Positions 54,171 to 64,000 of a DNA stretch of 64,000 nucleotides are shown here, piece by piece (position 1 is the first letter of the stretch; every line of letters begins with the position of its first letter). Location of the stretch: NCBI RefSeq assembly GCF_006345805.1, contig NC_043000.1, positions 122,326,001 to 122,390,000 of the forward strand, read 5' to 3'. Origin of the DNA: Octopus sinensis. Its lineage: Eukaryota. A program made the translations under genes and the position numbers. Below the pieces are notes generated by a model that searched no databases, had not been told where the DNA came from, and was given only the letters and a program-made list of their open reading frames with translations.

Positions 54171-54330
54171 GTAGTGGCTGTGTGGTAAGTAGCTTGCTTA
54201 CCAACCACATGGTTCTGGGTTCAGTCCCACTGCGTGGCACCTTGAACAGGTGTCTTCTACTATAGCCTCGGGCCAACAAAAGCCTTGTGAGTGGATTTGG
54301 TAGACAGAAACTGAAAGAAGCCCGTCGTAC

Positions 54331-54366
<36 letters not shown>

Positions 54367-54487
54367 CTGTGGGAGGGGCTTCCTTGCCCGGATTGGCCTC
54401 ACCAGCCACCTCCGGTCTCATAGCGGCAGTTCCACCAGATGATGTCAGTGGTCATCTTCGAAACCGAAGGACGAACATGATTATTAT

Positions 54488-54551
<64 letters not shown>

Positions 54552-54760
54552 TGTGTGTATGTCTGTGTGTCTGTGTTTGTCTCCCCAACATCGCTTGACA
54601 ACCGATGCTGGTGTATTTACGTCCCCGTAAATTAGCGGTTCGGCAAAAGAGACCGATAGAATATGAACTAGGCTTACAAAGAATAAGTCCTGTGGTCGAT
54701 TTTCTCGTCTGAAGGCGGTGCTCCAGCATGGCCGCAGTCAACTGACTGAAACAAGTAAAA
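54171..54760 (+). mobile_element. SINE family A interrupted in its microsatellite
   Basis: Head and body at 54171-54330, tail at 54510-54760. Confidence 0.9.
54365..54490 (+). mobile_element. Extreme 3' end of an RTE/BovB-like LINE
   Basis: CGRGFLARIGLTSHLRSH...stop (C2H2 half-finger), a 3' UTR gtcatcttcgaaaccgaaggacgaac, and an (ATT)n tail. Confidence 0.8.
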
Positions 54761-55961
54761 TAGTAGAAGGGTAAGAGTGTCATCTCAACAACAAGCTATA
54801 ATTATCTGAGATACAGGTTTCAATAGAAAGTAAAAATGGTTTCACACTTTCAAATTGAACCAAAATTACAAAGTGTTGGACAACGAGAGTGAGGATGTGT
54901 GAATAATGTAAGTAATGTTTCTCCGAATTAGTCACATCTGTACTATAATAAAGTTGCTTGGGGGACCTAGCTCACAGTCACCCCCTACACCACCACCAAC
55001 ATTTTCGATTTCTTATTTTCGATGACGGAGATTCCGAATATACAAAAAAACCACATTTTCAAAATTTATAATTCCCCCCAAATCAATAATTTTCAACTTT
55101 TTTCCGATTTTTCTTTCATTCTACAGAGATTTCTCAATAATTTAATTTTTTCCCTCTCCACACCAAATGCATTTTTTACTTTTTCAAATATTCTTCTTAG
55201 TAATCCATGGAGAAAAAAAAAAACAGAGTACGAATCTTTAAGACTTTTACCCATCACCTCAACACTTTCAAAAATCTACAAACTCCCAATATTTCACTTT
55301 TAGATTTTTGGAAGATGGGTAAGTTTCTTTAGAAATAATGTCGCTTACTTGTTGCTTCTAGCATGTCAGGATTTGTGGTGGAGGTCTGATATTTTTTTAT
55401 GCCAGCTGTTTCAGAATTCTACGCATGGATGAAACATTAGGCGAAAGTGGAAGATGGAAGATTTTGGCTTTTTGAAAGCGGGAAGGTGATAAATGAGCGA
55501 AGTGGGGGATGGGCATTGAGTGTTTCTTTAAGAAAAAAACTAAACTATAAAAAACTATATAAATTTCCCAGATTCGTAATCTCTGTATTTTTCTACGCGG
55601 ATAACAAAAAAAAAATCGAAAAAATTACAAATTAAAAAACTGCAGTGCAGATGGGGGTGAGGAATTAAAATTTTTAAAACATGATTTCTGGACAAAATCG
55701 TAATAACCCCTTTTACATGATGAAACAATATATAGTTTCTGATCCTTCATAAGAAAAGAAAGCCCCATCAGGCAAACCCATGCAAAATGTACCCTCCATT
55801 CTTAAATAAGCAATGTCTTCCATTATGCCACTAACTATATATCAGCTGTGCTGATTCTGCCCATATGACAGGAACAAATAATACAATGTGGCTCTAGGGC
55901 ATAACACCCGGGCAACGCCGGGATGCAGGGATGCATTGCTAGTATATATATAAATAAATAA

Positions 55962-56023
<62 letters not shown>

Positions 56024-56639
56024 CGTAACATAAATAGGGAAACAAATTTAACTATCACAAACTCTCAGTATTGATGAAATATGATAACAAATGTTCCTTT
56101 TCTGCTAGCTATATGTGGAAAAAAAACAGATAGAGAGAAAACCGAGGCGGATCGTTCCACCGGTATTCTTCAGAGAAGATGTAATTTGTTTCCTTGCTAA
56201 ATTAATACCATAGATCATAGTGAGTAGCGTGATTTGGATATTTGGGTTTTATCAGTTTTTTATTGCTTCTCACTAATTAAACAACGCCCATTTTACACAC
56301 AACAAAATTAATCAAATCAATTAAATTAAATTTAACATTTTGTGCGATTTACTGTAAAAAAAGCTATGCAAACGAAACGTGCATAAAAAGGGCAGTGATG
56401 TGTGTGTGTGCATTTGGTAGACAGAAACTACACAGAACTCATCTCATTTGTGCCTATACATATATACATACACACATGCATCCATCCATACATGCATCCA
56501 TCCATCCATCCATCCATCCATCCATCCATCCATACATATATACATACATACATACATACATATATACATACATACATACATACATACATACATACATACA
56601 TACTTATCTACACAGGTATATATATAGAGAAAAATACAA

Positions 56640-57320
56640 CTGTTTGTAACATTGCAACGGAATCTCCCTCGACATTCTTGCGCAAGTACTAAATCCTACG
56701 TTAGCTAAAAACGCGGTGTATGAAAAACAAGCGAAACAGGGCTTATTTAATGAGACACCTCTTGAAAAGTCACCTGACAAGTCGTTCCTGCTCCGAGAGA
56801 TGCACCGCAACCAGCTGTATGGGATGGAGTACACGCAGTTTTGGGTCATATTCTGTTGTATGTGTAAGACCACTCCGAAAAGATACAAAATATATGCGGC
56901 CCATATGACATTAGGACAGTATTCAAAAAATAATACAACACTTCGCAAATATCTCTTTCGAGAGTAGAAGAGAATACGACCAAAAACTTTGTGTAATCCG
57001 TCCCATGAGTTGTGGTAGGTTATACAAAGGTGAAACATGTCCCCCCACCCAAATAAGGGTAGACGAACATCGCAAAGCTGTGATCCGAGGAGACATTGAT
57101 AAATCGGGTATAGCTAATCATGTATGGAAAAATGGAGACCACCTTCCCCTGTGGGATAAAGTTAAAATAATAGATAGAGAACACCACAGGAAAATACGAT
57201 AACTAAATGAAGCAACGCATATGTTAGGACATATTAACCTCGTAAGCAGACCGAGTGCAGATATGAGTAGCATATGGGAACTGGTATTAAGGAAGGATAG
57301 GAAAATATTAGAGTTATAAA
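56640..57320 (+). mobile_element. Decayed Penelope-like element: end of RT and GIY-YIG endonuclease
   Basis: Across frameshifts: SEKIQNICGPYDIRTVF, NTTLRKYLF, SCGRLYKGET, RVDEHRKAV, KSGIANHVW, LPLWDKVKIIDRE, NEATHM, SRPS. Confidence 0.85.
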
Positions 57321-57498
57321 CCCTAAAATTCATTCCGTAATTGCCCACAGGTATATGGTGTAGTGGTTAAGAGCGCGGGTTACTAACAACAGCAACAACA
57401 ACAACAACAGTAACAACAAAACCAACAACAACAACAATAGTAATAATAACATCGTAAAATACCTTAGGAATGAGAACTCAGGTTCGAAATTTCCCCAA

Positions 57499-57544
57499 GA
57501 CACCTGATGAAGGCTGGAGGGTATATCAGCCGAAACGTTGTGTT
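57499..57544 (+). ncRNA. Minimal type I hammerhead ribozyme motif in the Penelope-like pLTR
   Basis: gacac-CTGATGA-a-ggctg..cagcc-GAAAC-GTT-gtgtt: stem I gacac/gtgtt, stem II ggctg/cagcc, loopless palindromic stem III ACGT. Confidence 0.8.
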
Positions 57545-57642
57545 AACAACAAACAAGATGGGGACAAATATCCGTCAAATGTAAAAGAAAACGTTGTGTT
57601 AACAACAAACAAGATGGGGACAAATATCCGTCGAATGTAAAA
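57533..57642. repeat. Tandem duplication (~55 bp) of the pLTR segment following the hammerhead
   Basis: aaacgttgtgttaacaacaaacaagatggggacaaatatccgtc occurs twice. Confidence 0.9.
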
Positions 57643-57699
57643 AATGTAAATAATTTCCATTACTGTCTTCAAAATTAGGTTGTCATTTACTTAAAAATT

Positions 57700-58076
57700 G
57701 CTTCCATCTGACGAGCGAAATTAAACCGGTGCATAGTGCCATGGTTTCAACTGTTCCACGTGTGGAAATTCAGGTTTTCATGCAAAATACGCCTTACAGA
57801 TCGATTACCGATGCTAAGTTCAGTGGAATGCCTCTAAGCACTACGATTCAGACTTTGCATCAAAGCTTGGCTGACGCATTCCACATTTTCCCCAGTCCGT
57901 ACCGTTCGTGGCGCCCTCACCGAGCTCCTGTTCATTAGTGTACCTCGTGCACGAAGTGAATTCACCCAACGTAAGACTATGTTGCGGACGAGAACAGCCT
58001 GATTTCGGTAAATGTTGAAATGGCATCTGAATTCACGCTGAACAGCTGTGACTGACTTGTTATTTTTCATAGGCAA
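57700..58076 (-). mobile_element. Tc1/mariner-superfamily transposase N-terminal (HTH) fragment, inactive
   Basis: KSVTAVQREFRCHFNI...RNIVLRWVNSLRARG...RAPRTVRTGENVECV...RSA*RHSTEL..RSVRRILHENLNFH. Confidence 0.85.
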
Positions 58077-58603
58077 ACATGTGATGCTCTATCCTTCAAG
58101 TGCCGAAAATGAACTTTCTTATCTTCTAATTTGAAGGGTTACAGAATTAACACACGTTATAGGAACATAAACCTTCTTCCACGAAAAGAAAGCTTAAACT
58201 GTGCTCTAAATGGAGGTGTAGTCAAATCCTATTTTATGGACTCAACTATGTTCTAAAATAAGTCAAAAGGTAAGCTACTATATATCGGCACGAACTTTCC
58301 GGAAAACCCAATAGAATGTTTTGAAACGTCAGTAGATTCTAAAATGCTGCTACTCGCAACTAAACCTAAATAATAATTGTAAAAGTCTAGCCTCGTTATT
58401 AAAAAAAAAAAGATCAAACTCATACATACAAATATTTTCAATATAACGGAAAAACCTACAGACACACATACTCAAACACGCATACGTACACACATACACC
58501 TACATAGACATACAGCTGTACACACACACCTCATACACACATATGTAGGTGCGCACATCAATATATACAAAATAAATATATTCGTGTTTGTGTGTCTGCT
58601 TGC

Positions 58604-58646
<43 letters not shown>

Positions 58647-59124
58647 TATGTGTATGTCCGTACGTGTGTGTGTGTGTAATTAACTTGGGAGCGAGAAATA
58701 TTCAACTCATTTGCGCTGGTACAGTTCTGCACGAGTAGACGCTTACAGTTGTGAAAGCGAACAAATCTGACTAGAAATCTCAATTAAGAAAATATTGTAT
58801 GTTGAGAGAAATATATCAGATTGGAGGACGTATGTAAGCTGAAAGTGTTATAAGATTACTGAACACTACAAGACAGAAGTGATGTGAAATAATTAATTAG
58901 GAATAATATAGTTCATAGAATTCAAAGAAAAGTAATAAATGAATTACCATAGGAAAAAATTATGATTTCTGCAATATTTAAAACAGGTTTTCAACGGCTA
59001 AAATGTCGGACGCTCTCGGGAAGCAAAATTACAAATACGATGGCTGTTTTCAGTAGAATGAATATGCGTGGTTCTTATAGAAGCCTAGACTGGCAGAAAG
59101 AAAAAACCGTGCTGGCTTTCGATT

Positions 59125-59360
59125 AAGGCGGTGAGCTGGCAAAAATGTTAGCAGGCTAGCAGAAATGTTAGCACGCCAGGCTAAATGCCGTTACGTTCTG
59201 AATTCAAATTCCGCCGAGGTCGACTTTGCCTTTCATCCTTTCGGGGTCGATTAAATAAGTACCAGTTACGCACTGGGGTAGATATAATCGACTTAATCCC
59301 TTTGTCTGTCCTTGTTTGTCCCCTCTGTGTGTAGTCCCTTGTGGGTAGTAAAGAAATAAG
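59125..59360 (+). mobile_element. SINE family B, followed by a partial related SINE (~59365-59545)
   Basis: Matches 28651-28883; small duplication in the head. Confidence 0.9.
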
Positions 59361-62300
59361 AAATGAGAGTACGCGAAGCAAAATGCTTAGCGGCATTTCG
59401 TCCATGTTTGCGTTCTGAGTTCAAATTCTACCGAGGTGGATTTTGGCTTTCAACTCTTCAGGAACAATGAGTACCAGTTGAGTACTGAGGTTGATGTAAA
59501 CGTTTAGTCCCTACACCGAAATGTCAGACCTCATGCCTCTAGTAGAAACGATATTAAGCCGTCGTTCTTATAATATGTCTGGAAATCCCGCTCGAATCGA
59601 AATTTGCCTCTATTTCTTACTAAAAAATAACTACTTCAATATTAAGTTAGTTTTAATCATATCTTATTCTCTGATTAATCCGATGGCATAGGGCTAATGT
59701 GAAGTGTCTGGTTTGTAAATTCAGCCAAATTAATTTTTAAATAATTTTTTTGCAACGAAGTCACAATTCATATATAATTATTTCCAGAGCTTTAACTAAC
59801 GCTCTCTCATCTTTAGCTCATGGAACAGTCAACTAGCTAATAATATTCCTGTCCCTTGGTTTGTACATTCGGCATCAGAAGAGAATGCTACTATGGAATA
59901 TTGAAGAATGTTCATCGAGACTTTCCGAACTTTGTTACTCTGCAGACAAACCAGAGTCTATAATTTAGATTTAATTCTTAGTTGAAGCAAAGGCTATCAT
60001 ACGAATGCCTGATAGCAGTATTTATATGACAACCGATAGGTATCCTAACTGTGTACAGCTGTATATTTCGTAAGTAACTCGTTAGTCGAAAACCTTACGG
60101 ATAAAGAATTCTGATATATATTCTCTAGTAATTATGATAAAGGTGATTACAGCATAATAGCTCGACTCATTGCAATTAATTTTGCGATTTGATGAGATTT
60201 CTGGATCCGGATCATACAAAATAATTGATAAAATATGTTGAAGTAAATCAAAAATAACATTCTCTTAATGATAATTATTCATCAGTTCAAAGGGAGATGA
60301 TGACGTCATCATCAAAGAAACTGTTAAGCCAACAGATTTAGGATAATCAATAAATCGTCACTTTGCAATTATTTATGAACTCTCGAACACATGACATCTA
60401 ATATACGTGAGAGATTTAAGAAAGTTTATATATTCAAATAAGTGGCAACATTTCTGTCGTAAAATCCGGAGAGTAACAATCAATAAAATAATTATATATT
60501 TAATATTACTGATAACTATGAATATTGCTTGTTTACAGATTGCTAATTTCTGATATTTATTTATGGTTTTTGTTTGTAAATTTTTCTTTCAAATATACGC
60601 TGTTGATATTTTATGTAATTCTTAGATTTTATCTAAATATTAGGAATGGATATAGCTGTAAGCATATACGAGGCTACAAAAATATCAAACAATCAAATAT
60701 ACTGACTGAAGTGAGATTTATAATTACAAAAGCATATATTAACAACTAGACATGTTAATTGCGTAATTGCGTACACCCGACTATTATGGCTCTAAGTTAA
60801 AATTTACCAATTAGAAACAAATTGTTTTTGTTTTGTTGTTTAGCTAAATAGCAAATATTAATCGTCGATTCGTTCTGCCTTATTGATGTTTGAGAATAAT
60901 TACTACCTAAAGTTTTCAGCAACTTGATCTAAATTTCATATATTCATTTCCGAAACGACAGACATTATTTAAGTTTTACATCAACTGTAATGTTATTCCG
61001 CAACAAATTTTATTAAACAAAGTTTATATAACAAGACACGCTTTATTAGCCGACATTGCTTCATCGCAGTTTTCATCATATACAGATTAGAATAGCCATG
61101 TTAATCTCGTCACGTCGATACGTATCTACGAAAAAAAACTGTCAGAGTATTTCTTGTTAACTAATTATATTTTAGATTACACATGTCGAACACAGAGATT
61201 TGTAGTTAATATGATAAAAGCCAAAATTCACTCTTATAAATGTGTATACCATTAATTTTTAACAGGAGTACGGTATCCTCTCATATAATATACTCTAGTT
61301 AAAAGTAGGAGACGTAATTGTTTTGTACACAAGGGGAATATATATTTACTTTAATTGTTATTCTGGTTTCAGTCATTGTACTAAAGCCGAGATAGGGAAA
61401 CACTGTCAGTGATTTTCGTCACATTATATCGACTGCTGTAAATTAATCTAGTATACATTTTATCAATTACTGTTTAACAAATGATATACTTAACCCATAA
61501 TTGTTTGCTTCGCATTAGTTAAGGTAAAATTCACAAGTTATCTATGCTTGAAGCAGCGTTTTACAACAGGACATAATCACATCAGCAGAGGACACAAACA
61601 GATATTCGCAAGCGCAATTATGTCTGCGTATATATGTGGGTGAAAATATGTGTGTCTGAACTCGGTTTTTTTTTCTTTGGCTTGTGTGTACACGGATAAC
61701 GTATATACACAGCTGTGGGAAGTTAGAGAATGATATAGGAGAGTGGAGTAGATCAAGACTATGAATAGTTTTGTATAATTGCACCGTTGAGATGTGATTC
61801 GCTCATCAGATATGCACACCGCCTACGTTCCACTGTGGAACAGACACATCAAAGATGTATTATGGGTATAATGTGTGGAAAGATAGGCGGGATAACTCTG
61901 ATAATCGTTTAAATGATTTGGCTCATTTTATATATATATTCTATCAATATATTTGTTATATGTGTGTGAGTGAGTGAGTGCATCTGTTTGCGTGGTGTGT
62001 GTGTGTGTCTGCATGAGTGTTCGTGTGTGTGTGTGAGTGTATGTGCGTGTGTGTAAGTGTGTGTGTGTGTGAGTGCGTCTGTTTGGGGTGTGTGTGAATG
62101 CGCGTGTGTGCGTATGCGTGGGTCTATCTGGGTGGTGTGCGTTTGCGTGTGTTTTTGCGTAGGTCTGTCTGGGTGGTGTGTGTGTGCGTGTATGTGCGTG
62201 TATGTGAGCGTGAGTGTGCGTGTGTATGTGTGTGCGTGTGTATGTGTGTGTGTGTTCGTGTGTGTCGTTAATACATAATTTCAGTGAAACTGATGAGTCA

Positions 62301-62454
62301 TAGCTCGCATTTAGCGCGAATAAAATTTTGAATTCAAATATATGGATGGATGGATGGATATATACATAGTAGCTGTAATTCTTTACAGAACTAGGTTGTT
62401 TCGTCAGTTGGTAAATGCGGTCAGGATATCTCATATGAAAAGCATGCCTGACTT

Positions 62455-62598
62455 AGTCAATATATGCTCAGCCTGAAACCTGTTCATATATGTTAATATA
62501 TGCTCAACAGATGACAATATATTCTCAGCCTGAAAACTGTTAACATATGTTAATATATGCTCAGCAGATGTTAATATATGCTCAGCCTAGAAACTGTT
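62455..62598. repeat. Minisatellite, ~59-bp unit built from aatatatgctcag subunits
   Basis: Direct reading. Confidence 0.8.
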
Positions 62599-62665
62599 TG
62601 GTTTTGAAGTAAATTCTTGTTTAAGAAGTTCGATTACCTGTGTTGTATTTCCTTTACAATAATGC

Positions 62666-62901
62666 TTTATTTTTTTCTAAACCGTTCTATTTTCCGTCAT
62701 CTACCTCCAGATTCCAAGACCCACTCTAAGACCCTAAAGATTATTTCTGACAACATCCTTAAATCTTCTCGTCTGTTTACGTCTTTGAAGTTCACCATGT
62801 TGCAACCGCCCATAAAACAATTACTTAGCTAACCAGTCATTACCCATCTCTGTACGATGTCCAACCTATCGCATCCAAATATATAGGAAGCGAAACTCAA
62901 T
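62666..62901 (-). mobile_element. Decayed RTE/BovB-like ORF2 C-terminal fragment
   Basis: R*VGHRTEMGNDWLAK*LFYGRLQHG...RRFKDVVRNNL, matching the RWAGHV.RM...RLPKQLFYGEL..G...RFKD..K motif. Confidence 0.75.
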
Positions 62902-64000
62902 GCTGGATGTGTTGCATCAGAGAAAAACAAAGATGTTTGATATTAGAGACGGCCATTATATATTTAGGCTCGTCCAAAGACGAACTTACATACACTATAC
63001 ACACATACATACGTACTTATTAATATTGGTATCAATATATGGCTCTTCAAAATTAATATAGAAGTATAAGTGATTTTAAGAGGAAACTACAAATTTCGCA
63101 GTATCAAATTCATGAATCATCTTCCAAACGTTAAGAGACCCCAAGCGTTTATCTATGTACTATGTGGGTTCGTGGCAAAATTGCGTCAAACTGTATAAAA
63201 CACCTCTGAGGACACAGCGGTTTTATTGACTAAGTGATAAGTTATGAAACCAGGGCAGCACCACAGAGACGAATGTAAATTGCACCTATTGTATATCAGG
63301 TTTATAGATATGATAATGCATGAGTATATACAAAACTCGTTTTGTCTAAAAAGAAAGTCTATGTTTAAATTTTCACTTGTTTCTATCTGTAGATTGCTGG
63401 TCACACAATACATTTATTATTATATATCATATTAGTATCACGTTTGAGTTACTTCTGCTCAGTAACTTGGAGGCCAGACATTAATACCTTCGTTGGCAAA
63501 TGGTATGAGAAAAAGTTAAGTGTAATTGTTAATAACATATATATTGCCTAGCTATTGAATTATCAATAATCTGACAAATATATTGTCAGCCACAATAAAT
63601 CCTGCCACATCACTGATTCATCGTTATTTTACTTCGGATTATGCTTATCCATGCATGTTGTGGAACATCGAAAAACATCACAAATGCTTTTAATGCTTTC
63701 ACATAGACAAGTTTACCTATTCGATATATGTGATATAGTAATAAGAGTGACAGACAGACAAAACACAAAAAAATTTAGCTCGAAGGCGAAAGAGAGAATC
63801 AGAAAAATGTATTAGACCGAATAAACGAGATGGGTTTACTGTCAATTATACTAGCGTTTAAACATTTCATTGTAAATGTTGACCCGAAAAACACATCGAA
63901 TGTTAATCAGTTTTAGTTTGTTTAAACATTCAGTATGACATCACGTCTGAGTATTTACTTTTGCTGAAAAACTGGTTTTGCTAATAATAAAAAAAGAAAG

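Noticed and set aside
55030-55710. Weak inverted similarity suggesting an old MITE
   Set aside because: Similarity is confined to AT-rich runs; termini cannot be defined by eye.
57709-57725. CTGACGAGCGAAA hammerhead-like string
   Set aside because: No stem II loop; it is simply the antisense of transposase codons (FARQME).

Overview
AT-rich, microsatellite-dense animal genomic DNA with no prokaryotic features. The repeat families look like those of coleoid cephalopods (Octopus; inference from recalled SINE types). No complete host gene can be supported. The dominant feature is a pair of near-identical, minus-strand Tx1/L1-clade LINEs: copy 1 at about 3117-9210 (apparently full length) and copy 2 at about 9507-14854 (5'-truncated). 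They carry a CCHC gag-knuckle ORF1 and an APE-endonuclease/RT/zinc-finger ORF2. Both sit head-to-tail inside one (GATA)n microsatellite and end in TATC repeats rather than a poly(A) tail, suggesting a GATA-repeat-specific retrotransposon that builds tandem arrays. The rest is a retroelement graveyard: several tRNA-derived SINE families (nested, modular, some with TSDs), 3' fragments of RTE, HERO and CRE-like LINEs, a Penelope-like GIY-YIG remnant with a minimal hammerhead ribozyme, and a Tc1/mariner transposase fragment. It also holds a TA-embedded ~486-bp tandem repeat with an inverted terminal piece, a 164-bp near-perfect palindrome, a foldback element, a candidate Pol II promoter and a few possible isolated exons. 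Many single-base indels between the LINE copies probably reflect consensus errors, so frameshifts should be treated cautiously.
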